Shown here piece by piece: positions 47,729-59,824 of a DNA stretch of 64,000 nt (positions are counted from its first letter, which is position 1; each line of letters begins with the position of its first letter). Location of the stretch: contig NC_082721.1 in NCBI RefSeq assembly GCF_030144855.1, positions 42,904,001 through 42,968,000 on the forward strand, in the 5' to 3' direction. Origin of the DNA: Hypanus sabinus. Its lineage: Eukaryota. The position numbers were made by a program, and so were the translations under genes. Below the pieces are notes generated by a model, which was given only the letters and a program-made list of their open reading frames with translations, did no database searches and was not told the DNA's origin.

Positions 47729-47860
47729 GATCAGAATCAGAATCAGGTTTATTATCACCGGCATGTGACGTGAAACTTAGCAGCAGGAGTTCAATGCAAT
47801 ACATAATCTAGCAGAGAAAAAAAATTAATAAAATAATAACAATAATTATGAAACATAATT
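47729..47860 (-). mobile_element. Short LINE 3' end with (ATTCTG)n tail; second copy at ~60557-60820
   Basis: atcagaatcagaatcaggtttattatcaccggcatgtgac is shared by both sites. Confidence 0.7.
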
Positions 47861-47910
47861 AATAATATCAATGAAGTTTATTTAGTTATGAAATAACCTA
47901 TATGACTGAA

Positions 47911-48381
47911 TGTGACGGTATGGCCCAATTGCGGGGAAGGAAAGAGAACGGGAAGGAGTGACTGAAACGGATTAACAGTTCTTTGACTTTAATGGAAACT
48001 GGGCCGAAGTAAAAAAACTATGAACGCTGGACCAGGAGGGCCATTAACTGGAACTGTTGAACTAAAGCTCATGTTGATACAGTGGCTTGGCTGCAGTAAC
48101 TTAATACTAATTAAATACCACTTCTGAGCAGCGTCAGGCTAAACGGTTGTCTTCTTTCCTGGAACCTGGACATCGGTAAGTAGGGAAGATTGGTGCTACT
48201 CTGCTATTGGTCTCGGAAGACTGGAACGAGAGGAAGGGGCTAAAGAAAAACACAACAAAACACTAATTAGCTGGAACCTGCAACTTTGCAGCATGATTGC
48301 TGAACCTGGTCCAGATCCCGCCTGCGAGAACGCGCAGACCCCGGCCCACGGCAGAGCCCGTGGTTGTGACACCATGCCACA
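47911..48381. mobile_element. Possible solo LTR
   Basis: TGTGAC..GCCACA ends and LTR-like length and composition. No convincing TSD. Confidence 0.35.
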
Positions 48382-48984
48382 GAAAGGCCACAAGTATAGC
48401 CTCTATCGTCCTCCATCAGGGATGTGTTTGACAGCTGCAAGTGCGAGAGTCAGAACCATACAATGACACTGGAGGAGCTGACTGGCTCCATCCATTCTTT
48501 CATATAGAACAAAACTCCCAGAATTGATGGCTTACAGTACCCAGCTCTGAAGGACGTTTTCAAGTCAAGTCAAATCAAATGAAATCAACTTTAATTATCA
48601 GTGAAACCATAGGTGGAGACAGTCCAATGAGACAGCATTCTTCTGGAGTCAAGGTGAATAACATACACCCAGAACTGTAAGCCTAACTGCTAGAAGATTT
48701 TACTTTCATACTTTCCACTTTTAAAGTAGAAAGTCAAAATACTGCAGTAGCTATAAAACTGAAATTAAAGTAGAGACACTCAGCAATTTGGATGGTATCC
48801 AATATCTGACTTTCATCAAGGACAATGATATCTTGTTTTACATTTCATTGGTAAGTTGGAATTTTAGCTACCATATCAGCCTGGCCATTTGAAATGACGT
48901 AGTTATGGTGGACATATCTACCCAATAGGAACTGATTTCTAAACAGAACTTTCTGATGAGTGAATTCACATTTTGCTGTAAAGT

Positions 48985-49403
48985 GCAAACACGAGGAAAT
49001 CTGCAGATGCTGGAAATTCAAACAACACACACAACATGCTGGTGGAATGCAGCAGGCCAGGCAGCATCTATAGAAAGAAGTGCAGTCAACATTTCGGGCC
49101 AAGACCCTTCGTCAAGACTAACTGAAAGAAAAGATAGTAAGATATTTGAAAGCAGGAGGGGGAGGGGGAAATCCGAAATGATAGGAGAAGACAGGAGGGG
49201 GAGGGGTGAAGCTAAGAGCTGGAAAGTTGATTGGCAAAAGGGATACACAACTGGAGAAGGGAAAAGATCATGGGACAGGAGGCCTAGGGAAAAAGAAAGG
49301 GGGAGGGGAGCACCAGAGGGAGATGGAGAACAGGCAAGGAGTGATTGTGAAAGGGGCAGAGAGAGAGAAAAAAAAACCAAGAGGGAAATAAATAAATAAA
49401 TAG

Positions 49404-49455
<52 letters not shown>

Positions 49456-49670
49456 ATAAATAAATAAGGGATGGGGTAAGAAGGGGAGGAGGGGCATTAA
49501 CAGAAGTTAGAGATCAATGTTCATGCCATCAGGTTGGAGGCTACCCAGACGGAATATAAGGTGTTGTTCCTCCATCCTGAGTGTGGCTTCATCTTGACAG
49601 TAGAGGAAGCCGAGGATAGACATATCAGAATGGGAATAGGACGTGGAATTGACATATCAGAATGGGAATG
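48985..49670 (-). mobile_element. Penelope-like 3' end/pLTR
   Basis: Parallels 17390-17820 and 1-260, and contains a hammerhead-like motif at 49083-49120. Confidence 0.8.
49386..49467. repeat. Compound (AAAT)n(AGAT)n microsatellite
   Basis: Read directly from the sequence. Confidence 0.95.
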
Positions 49671-50950
49671 AATGGGCCGATGATGTGTTCGTCATACCCT
49701 TTGTACAGAACGTCCTGTCCACCACAGTGCAGTTTTGATACCATTAAGCTTGATAGGATGCTCTCCACTGTGCATCTGTGATGGAGTGGTGCATTTAGAC
49801 CGAGGAGTAGGAGTTTGTTCACCAATATCTATGGGACAATAGTGTTGAATGCCAAACTGAAATCCAGAAACAGCATTCTGACACAAGTGTCCCTGTTTTC
49901 CAGGTGTACCAGTGACAGGTGCATGACAGATGCTATTGTATCTGTTGTAGAGAGGTTCTGTTGGTAAGCATATTTGTGAGTGTCCAGTGTGGCAAGAATG
50001 GAGCTTTTGACGCTGCCATTACCAGCTGTTCAGAGCACTTCATGATAATTGGTGTCAGTGCCAGCAGGCTGTACTCACTTAGTTCTGAATATGTAGAGTT
50101 CTTTGGTATGGAAACGATGGTAGCAGCCTGGGTGAGTGAAGTGTTGTAGATATCCGTGACGAGGTCAGGGAGCTGATGTGTACATTTCCTGAAACCTTGG
50201 CCTGGGATGTTGTCTGGCCTGACTGCTTTATGGAGTTTGACTCTCTGCAGAGTGACTCTCTCTTTTGTAAATAAAACCTTTTAAATCTGAGGACAATAAC
50301 ATAGTATGCAAGGTGGGACATTATTAACAGTTATTCATGAGATAAGCTGTCCAAAGCATTGATGGTAACAAAACAAATGATGGTGACGAGGAGTTGTACA
50401 GTAGCAAGACAGATCAGCTGGCTAAGAGGTATTGCAACAACTTTGCACTCAGTATCAGCAGCACCAAGGAATTGATTATGGACTTCAGGAAGGGGAAGTC
50501 AAGGGAACACACATCAGTCCTCATCGAGGGATCAGAATTTGAAAGGATGAGAAGTTTCACTCAAAAGGTGATGACTTAAACAGGTGCCATCCATCATTAA
50601 GAACTCCCATCAAACAGGACATGCCCTCTTCTCATTGGTATCATCAAGGAGGAGGTACAGGAGCCTAAAAACACACACTCAACATTGCAGGAACAGCTTC
50701 TTCCCCATTGCCAACAGATCTCTGAATGGGCAACGAATCCATGATGACTAATTCAGTATATTTTCCCTTTCTTTTTGCACTACTTATTTAATTTAATTAT
50801 ATATATATTATCTCATTGTAATTGAATGTTTTTTTAATATTATGGATTACACTGTAGTGCTCCTGCAAAGCACCAAATTTCACGACATATTGCCAGTGAT
50901 ATTAAACATGACTCTGATTCTGAAACATTCTCCCTTAACTGAGAATACTG
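49670..50950. mobile_element. Rex1-like LINE fragments in opposite orientations
   Basis: 49670-50330 is antisense RT (KCSEQLV.A); 50340-50950 is a sense 3' end with a CTGATTCTGA tail. Confidence 0.6.
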
Positions 50951-51999
50951 TGGCAAAATATTTAACATAGAGACTTACTGTAAATTAAGTGAACACTTCA
51001 GATATTGTTTCATCAATATTACTGTTTGTTTCCATGTTTCAACCATAAATCATCCTGCTTCACTTGACAGAGAATGATATTTTCAATAGTACTAATACAT
51101 TAATACTATTGGACTATAATATTCCAACTTGTTATCAATGGACTGTAGAATATTAAGACCTTACATTCTAGCCATTGATAAAATATAGTCCAGATTTTTG
51201 GATCCTTGGAATAAAAAGAGTACTTTGAAAGCCAACTGCACTTATTTCAATACAGAAAAATGAATGGGTGAGGGAAGGCTGCTGTGAGTTAGGTCTTCAC
51301 CAATCAGTTTACACTATCACAAATTAGCTTTATCAAATTAGAAGAAATTATGAATGGGGGAGGTCTGTAATGAAACCAGGGAGTTAGAATTCTATGGAAA
51401 TTGACTATATTTTGAGCTGTGCTAATGTGACAGAAACAACCTATTTTAATATCAATTTTGCAAATAAAAATTGCCTTGCCATTTAAAGAAAGGAGCTTTG
51501 GTGCAGTTCAGTTCAGCTGCTGCCTGGGTATGAAAATAGCAAGCATCTGTGGCCCCAGGAGGTTATGAGCTGTTAACTTAAGCAGAGGGACAGCCCAGAA
51601 CATTTATGTTTGCCTTTTCTACCATATTATCCAAATATCACAGTTTCTGTTCTGCCTGATATTACTTTAAGTATCGACCAAGCACTTGACATTATCTCTG
51701 GTGCTCCCCTTGAGGTATGGAAGTGAGAACAAGAATTGCTTTGGAATTTGTGCTATGTTATTGGTCAGTGAAACTTCACCCCACAGGCTTATTCACTGAA
51801 TTCCTGGGGAAGGGAATGTTAATGAAGCCTGATGGTTTAACTGTGTGACAGTGAGTTCACCCTCTTTACAGCTTGGGTTCCTTTCCAATGGAGTCAGAGG
51901 AACATAGAAATGAAGAGATTTGGAGAAATTTGGAGAATATGGCTTCTGCTCACTGCCATCTACTTTGCATTCATCCAGTGATCACCTCTACCATTAAAA

Positions 52000-53200
52000 T
52001 TATTGACAGAAGCATCTGCCATTTGTGAGGTTGAGGTCATATATGTTTCTCCCTGCTGTTGTTCATTCATTGCCTGATGCAGGCTCAGTCTGGAAGCTCT
52101 GTCTTTCAGGACTTGGCCAACTCAGTCAGTGGTGGTGCAACCAAACCACTCTTGGTGACGGCCATTGAAGTCCCTGGGAACACTCTGTGTCCATGCTTCT
52201 CTCAGTATTTTCTCAGTGTTGCTCAACATGGGGTCAGCGATTCATCTGTGGAAGGAGGCCAGGAATTTGTAACCAGGAGTTGTTTTCCTTGTCCATGTTT
52301 CACCTAATGTTATGAGACTTTGCTGTGTCTGGATTCAATGCTCAGGACACCAAGGGATCCTTTCCCCTGCCAGTACACCACTGTGCCCCGTCTCCAGAGA
52401 GTCTTCTGGGACAGGACATACCCAGAATGGTGAGGGTGGAGTTGGCATCTTGTCTATACTACTTTTGTCTATGGATGGAGCCATGCTTTGCATAAAGGGA
52501 CATCAAGCATCCCAGAACCAGGACATCACTGCAGGATGATGGATTTCCAGCATCTGCAGAATATCTTGTTTCCATCATCATTACAGGTGTTCCTCAGGTC
52601 AGTACCCTCATCACAATTGCTTCATCAGTGACCTTCCTCCCATTGTAAAGTCAGAAATAGGATGTTCACTGATATTTGCAGAATGTTCTGTTCCACTTGT
52701 AACCCCTCAGCTAACGCTGCAGTCCCAGCCTGTATACCACTCAGACATCGACAACATCCAGCCATGGACTGATAAGTGACAAGTGATATTTGCACCCATA
52801 GTGTCAGGCAATGACTATCTCCAAGAACAGAGAATCTAACTACCTAGCCTTGACATCCAATGACATTAACATTGCTAAATCCTCCACCATGAATATCCTG
52901 AGAGTTCACATTGACTGAAAAGTCATGTGAGCTATTTAAACTAGCACCTCTCAAACTGCAACTAGACCACCTGGAGGGACAAGTACAGCAGAGCAGACCA
53001 ACACCAGCACCTACAGTCTCTGCTCGAACTTGCACACCATCTAGACCTAGAAATGTATCACTGGTCTACCACTGAATTTCAGGACCATTCTCTCTGACAT
53101 CACTGTGGGAGCACCTTCCTCTGGACAGCAGCAGTGCAAGACCACAGTTCACCACCAATCTCTGATGGAATGAACAATGGATACTGGGCCTGCCAGTGAT
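52000..53200. mobile_element. Old CR1-like fragments (antisense endonuclease region, sense RT region)
   Basis: 52510-53200 decays from QDITAGVPQG..FADD-like motifs. A related antisense piece is at ~34590-34800. Confidence 0.5.
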
Positions 53201-53399
53201 GCCCAGATTTCAGACATGAATTTAAAATAAAATTAAAATCGACTTCAACTAATTTGAATATTTACTGAATCACAGTTTAATTCAGTTATAGATATTACAT
53301 CATAGGTGCAAGATTATTGCAGGTTGGTTTGTATGCAAAAGCTGAGAGAAGCTGGTTTTAAGAATGGACATTTCTCCCAATTCTTGAGATCAAAAGTTG

Positions 53400-54545
53400 T
53401 TTTGCTTCCTGAATTGGAATTGGTTTACTCTTGTCACATGTACTGAGGTATCATTATACTCTGCATTGAGGTAGTACAATGAAACACAATAATGAAATGC
53501 ACAGTAAAGTGTAGCTGCTACAGAGAAAGAGCAGTGCAGGTAGACGGTAAGGTGCAGGATCAGGTTGAAGTGAACTGTAAGGTCAAGAATCTGTCTCGTT
53601 GTACTAGGGAATCATTCAATAGTCTTATAACAGCAGTTAGAAGTTAACCCAGTAACTGGTGGTATATACTTTCAAACTTTTTCTGTTTAGCCTGATGAAA
53701 GAGGAGATGAGAGACAATATCCAGGATGGAAGGGGTCTTTGATTATGCTGGTTGCTTTAATGAGGTAGCAGGAATTATAGATAGAGTCCATGGAGGATAG
53801 GATAGTTCTCTTGATGTGCTGAGTTGTGTCCACAACTCTCTTAGCACCATTGATATGGACAGGTTTATGTGCATCAACCCTATCCTGGAGAAATTGACCA
53901 GATCTTTTGTTTGTCTGACATTGAGGAAAAGATTGTTGTCATGACCCCATGTTACTAAGCTCTCTGTCTTCTTCCTGTATTCCGATACATTGTTCTTTGT
54001 GTTTTGCCCACCAAGGTGGTATCATCTGTAATCTTGTAGATGGTGTTAGAGCAGAGTTTAGCTGTGCAGTGACGACTGTACATAAATCTCAAGCTTGTAT
54101 ATGGTATACATAGTTTGGTAATAAATGAGCTTTGAACGTCTAATGTACAGGCAGTAGAGTAGGTGGCTGAGAACAGAATCCTGTGTAACACCAGAGTTGA
54201 AAATACTCTTGGCAGAAGTACTGTTGCCACTCCTTACTGATTGTGGTCTTGTGGTCTATTGGTCAGGAAGTCAAACATCCTGTTGCGGAAAGATCTTGCA
54301 GCATTTAGATGAATTTGCGTGGGGTTACAATATTGAAGCTGAGGCTGTAGTCTGTAACCAATAGACTAACATAGGAGTCTTTATTGTGCAGATGCTCCAG
54401 AGATATATATAGTACTGGGGAAATGGCATGAACCACAGGCAAACTGCAGTGGGCTGAAGTAGATTGGGAGGCTGGAGATAATGTGTGCCTTTCAAAATAT
54501 TGAATTCTGGAGGACATCCGCGTTGGAGAAAGGATCAATATGCCA
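53400..54545 (-). mobile_element. Decayed Rex1-like LINE
   Basis: ORFs 53955-54230 and 54305-54553 include KITDDTTLVG and YVSLLVTDYSLSFN.I.P. Confidence 0.65.
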
Positions 54546-54910
54546 TGTCGCATAAACTCTTCTTGGGCTCCAGCTGGGTCCAGGTGTCAATTTTGACTGA
54601 TGCTTTGAGACAAACTCTCTCATCTTCATCAGGGATGATTCCAAGGAACCTCTAGTCTGGCGGTATATATACTCAACTCCCGTCGTCCATCTCTTCTGAT
54701 TGGTTAGTCCTCAACCATTCAGGTTTCCGCTATTCCACCTTGTTTACAATTATATTCCATTTCCTCCTTAAAGCGAGACCATTGTCATTTTTGAAATTCT
54801 TATTCTGTAGTCTTATTTCAATGGCTTCATGCTCCAGGCATGGCACAGTAGTTTTGTGCTGTTGATGACAATCCTGTGGTCATTGCCTATGATCAGTGTG
54901 TGATGTACCA
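54545..54910 (-). mobile_element. Penelope-like 3' end of a second family
   Basis: Minus strand reads EAIEIRLQNKNFKNDNGLAL..KWN.IV (GIY-YIG C-terminus), followed by a CTGATGA-containing pLTR. Confidence 0.6.
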
Positions 54911-57035
54911 GCCAAGGACCTGTAGTACTGAACTCAAAGTTTAATGTGAGGCAAAGCCACTTGATGATCTGAAGAAATGGGACAGATTTTCATCGTGTGG
55001 CTCGTCTATGTTACAAAAGTCACAAGTGTTGAATTCAAGTGAACTAAATGGTACCTGTTTAGGAAATATTCTGCAGTGTGAATTAAGCAAGTCTGCTTTT
55101 TAATCAATAGGAATCATGTTCTACAGCCAAGGTTTGATAATACTATAGTGAAGGTTTTTGATATCAGGACTGAGGAAGGTCTGATGATCCTCTCCTCTCC
55201 CTCCCCTCTCCCTCTCCATCTCCCTCTTCTCTCCTCATTTCTCAAGAGGTCTGCAAAACTTCCAACTCATAAATCATTCATAGTCTGAAGGATGAAAGGT
55301 GGTGGAGGTGGGGGGAATGTGGCAGCTGAGAACTGAATTATTCACATTTCAGAGAGATCTTGTGGGATATGGGAAGGCAGGGAGACTTCCAATGTCCCTG
55401 AGGACTGCAGCTGCCAGAAATGCATCCAGCTTCAGCTTCTAACAATCCACGTTAATGAGTTGGAGCTGGAACTGGATGAACTGGGGATCATTCAGGAGGT
55501 TGACGGGGTGATAGGTAGGACAAATACACCCAAGAGGCAGGATACAAAAAACTGCGTGACATTCAGGAAGATTAAATGGGTTCAAGAGCCAGCATGGAGT
55601 ATCACTGGGCCATCCACCTTAACATCAGGTTAATCACTTTGGATACTGTTGGGAGGGTTGACCTAACAAAGGGAAGTCACAGTGTCTCTGTGTTCAGTGT
55701 CTCTGGCACTGAACTCTGACTCTGTGACTCAGAGGGATGGGGGAGAAGAGGCACACTGGAGTGATAGGGGATTTATTAGTAAGAGGAATGGGCAGAAGGT
55801 TCTTTGGGCAAGAACAAGATTCCCGGATGGTTTGTTGCCTCCTGGGTGCCAGGACCTGGGACATCTTGGATTGAGTCCTCAGCATTCTTAAATGGGATGG
55901 TGAACAGCCAGAGGTTGTGATTCATGCAGATACTAATGACATGGGTAGGACAAGTGATGAGCTTCTGCAAAGTGAGTTCAGGGAGTTAGGTGCTAAGTTA
56001 AAGGACAAGACCTCCAGGGTTGTGATCTCACAATTGCTATGCAAGCCACATGCTAGTGAGGCCAGTACTAAGAAGAATATACAGTTTAATATGAGGCTAA
56101 GGAGCTCGTGTAAGAGGGAGGACATAAGACTTTTGGATCATTGGTCTCTCTTCAAGGGAAGCTGAGATCTGTACAGACAGGATGTCTTGCAACTGAACTG
56201 GTGCAGGACTTATATCCTAGTGGGAAGACTTGTTAATGCTGCATGGTGGGGTTTGAACTCGAGTTGCAGGTGGATGGGAACCAAAATGCCAGAAGAGTTA
56301 CTGGAGAGGTTGTGGATGCAGATGCCAGTAAGAGCTCAGATAAAGTTAGAAATCAAAAGGTTGAGCATGGTGCGACTGTGTCCTGAGCTGCCTGTATTTC
56401 AATGCAAGAAGTATCACAGAAGGGTGGACGATAGTGCTGAAGATGAGGTGGCTGGTTCACAAACAGAGGCCATGTATAGTGAGCAGGTAGCTGTTGATTT
56501 GCTAAAATTACAGTCAACGGGATGAGTCATTTTAAAAGGTGGAGAAATTTGAAAAAGGCAAACACAAGACTAAAGATGTTATATTTGAATGTGCACAGTA
56601 TATGGAATAAGGTAAATGACCTTGTAACACAGTTGCAGATTGATATTTATGATATTGTAGTCATCACTGAATCATGGCTGAAAAAATATTATAGCTGGGA
56701 GCTTTATGTCTAAGGATAAACATCGTATCTAAAGGACAGGCCGGGAGACAAAGGAGACGATGTTGCTCTGTTGGTAAAAATAAAATCAAACTTTCGAAAG
56801 AGGTGACATTGGGTTGAAGGGTGTTGATTCATTGTGGATACAGCTAAGGAACCGCAGGGGTAAAAATGCTCTGATGGGAGTTCTATACAGACTCCCGAAC
56901 AGTGGTAAGGATGTGGTCTACAAATAAAAATGGGAGATAGAAGATGCATGCCGAAAGGGCAATGTAGAATTTCAGTATGCAGATAGACTGGGAAAATCAT
57001 GTTGGTGCTGAATTCCAAGAGGAGGAATTTCTAGA

Positions 57036-57335
57036 AAAAGAAAAAAATCTGCATTTGCTGGAAATCCGAGCAACACACATGGAATGCTAGAGGAACGCAG
57101 CCGGCCAAGCAGCATCGATGGAAAAAAGTACAGTTGACATTTTGGGCCGAAACCCTTTGGCAGGACTGGAGAAAAAAAAAACTGAGGAGTAAATTTAAAA
57201 GGTGGGGGGAGTGCAGAGAGAACCAACAGGTGATAGGTGATACCTGGAAGAAGAGGAATGAAGTAAAGTGCTGGGAGCTGATTGCTGAATGAGACAGAAT
57301 GCCAAGGAAGAAAGAAGAAAGGGGAAGAGTGTTGT
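57036..57335 (-). mobile_element. Penelope-like pLTR fragment
   Basis: Parallels 17390-17660. Confidence 0.75.
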
Positions 57336-57907
57336 GCAATGAACCAGAATTGATTAGTGAGTTTGAGGTAAAAGAACCCTTGGGGCAAGTGATCATAATA
57401 TGATTGAATTCTCCCTGAAATTTGAGAAGGAGAAGCTGAAGTTAGGCTTATCAGTATTACAGTGGAGTAGTAGGAATTACAGAGGCCTGAGAGAGGAGTT
57501 GGCAAGAAATAATTGCAAAAGAACACTGATAGAGATAATGGCAGAGCAGCAATGGCTGGAGTCTCTGGAAGCAATTTGAAAGGCACAGGATATATACTTC
57601 CCAAAGAGGAAAATGTATTCTAGATGCAAGTTGACACAACAGTGGCTACAAGAGATGTCAAAGCCAGCATAAAAGCCAAAGGGAGGGCATATAATAGAGC
57701 AAAAATTTGTGGGAAGTTATTGGATTGGGAAACTTTTAAGAAACAACAGAAGGCAACATAAAAGGCATTAAGAAGGTAAAGATAGAATATGAAAGCAAGT
57801 TGGCCTATAATATTAAACTGGATACCTAAAGTTTCTTCAGATACATAAAGTGTAAAAGAGAGGTGAGAATGAATATTAGACTGATGGAAATTAATGCTGA
57901 AGAAGTA

Positions 57908-58435
57908 CAGGTTTTCCCTGCTATCCAAAAGTAGAGTGTTCCTATGAAACCTTTTGTAAGCCAAAATGGCGTAAAGCAAAGAAGCAATTACCATTAATTT
58001 ATATGGGAAAATTTTTTGAGCATTCCCAGACCCAAAAAAATAACCTACCAGATCATACCAAATAGCACATAAAACCTAAAAGAACACTAACACGTAGTAA
58101 AAGCAGGAATGATATGATAAATACACAGCCTATATAAAGTAGAAATAATGTATGTACAGTGTAGTTTCACTTACCAGAATTGGGAAGATTTAGCTAAAAC
58201 TGATTTGTAGAAAAAAATCGGCACGTACATGCATGTGTACACACCTGTGCGCACAAGGCTTTACGGTCATGGTAGTCTTTCTCGGGGTAAACACAAGTTT
58301 AAAGCGTGTGCCTTTTTTTGTAAAAGTGAAAATCCCCTTTGGATATCTTTCAGTTAGCAAAAACAGGTACTAATGTAAGCCTTTCATGAAAGCGAAGTGG
58401 CGTAAAGTGAACTTTTGTAAAATGGGGGACACCTG
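57908..58435. mobile_element. Non-autonomous Tc1/mariner (Tigger-like) DNA transposon
   Basis: TA|CAGGT...ACCTG|TA with imperfect ~25-bp TIRs (CAGGT....CAAAAGT). The CR1 frame is continuous across the insertion site. Confidence 0.75.
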
Positions 58436-59824
58436 TAAAGTGGGGGAAAAAGAAATGGTGGATGAACTGAATAAGTATCTTGCATCAGTCTTCTATGAGG
58501 AAGACACTAGCAGTATGGTGGAAGTCCAAGGTGTCAGGGAGCTGAAGTTTGTGAAGTTACCATTACTAGAGAGAAGGTTCTTGGGAAACTGAAAGGTCTA
58601 AAAATAGATAAGTTGCCTGGATCAGATGGTGGACACTCCAAGGTTCTGAAAGAGGTGAATGAAGAGATGTTGGAGGCATTAATAATGAACATTCAAGAAT
58701 TACTGGATTCTGGAATGGTTCTAGAAGACTGGAAAATTACAAATGTCACTCCACTCTTAAAGAAGGGACAGAGGCAGAAGAAAGGAAGCAGTAGGCCAGT
58801 TAACCTGATCTCAGTAGTTGGGAAGATGTTGGGGTCGATTATTAAGGATGTGGTCAGGGTACTTGGAAGCGCATGATGAAATAGCATGTAGTCAGCATGG
58901 TTTCCTCAGTGGAATATCTCACCTGGCAAATCTGTTGGAATTCTTTGAAGAGATAACAAGCAAGACAGGCAAAAGAGAATTGGTTGATGTGTACTTGGCA
59001 TTTCAGTAGGCCTTTGACAAGTTGCCACACATGAGGCTGCTTAGCAATCTTAAAGCAGTGGCTGATTGGCAGGAGGCACAGAATGGGAATAAATGGAACC
59101 TTTTCTGGTTGGCTGCTGGTGACTAGTAGTGTTCCACAGAGGTCTGTGTTGGGAAAGCTTCTTTTTACGTTATCTATCAATGGCTTGGATGCCAAAAGTG
59201 ATGGCATTGTGGCCTAGTTTGCAGATGATATGAAGATAGGTAGAGGGGAAGGTAGTATTGAGGAAGTAGGGAGGCTACAGAAAGCCAGACTGATTAGGAT
59301 AATGGACAAAGAAGTGGCAGATGGAAAAACAGTGGGGAAGTGTATGGTCATGTACTTTGGTAGAAGAAATGAAAAGGTTGAATATTTTCTAATTGGAAAG
59401 AAAATACAAAAACTTGAAATCCAAAGGAACTTGGGAGTTCTTGTGCAGGACTCCCGAAAGGTTAATTTGTAGGTTCGGTCTGTGGTGAGGAAGGGAAATG
59501 TGATGTTAGCATTCATTTCAAGAGGACTAGAATATAAAAGCAAGTATGTACTGTTTAGAACTTATAAAGCACTAGTGAAGCCTCACTTGGAGTAGTGTGA
59601 GCAGTTTTGGGCCCCTTATCTTAGAAAGGCCATTCTGAAACTAAACAGGGTTCAAAGGAGGTTCAGGAAAATGATTCCATGTTTGAACGACTTGAGCATT
59701 TGATGGCTCTGGGGCTGTATTCACTAGAATTCAAAAGAATGAGGGGTGACCTCATTGAAACCTATTGAAAGGTGAAAAACCTTGATAGAGTGGCTGGAGA
59801 GAGGATTTTTCCTCTGGTGGGACA

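Noticed and set aside
49018-49497. 159-aa ORF with IYLS repeats
   Set aside because: Translation of the GATA microsatellite and the Penelope UTR.
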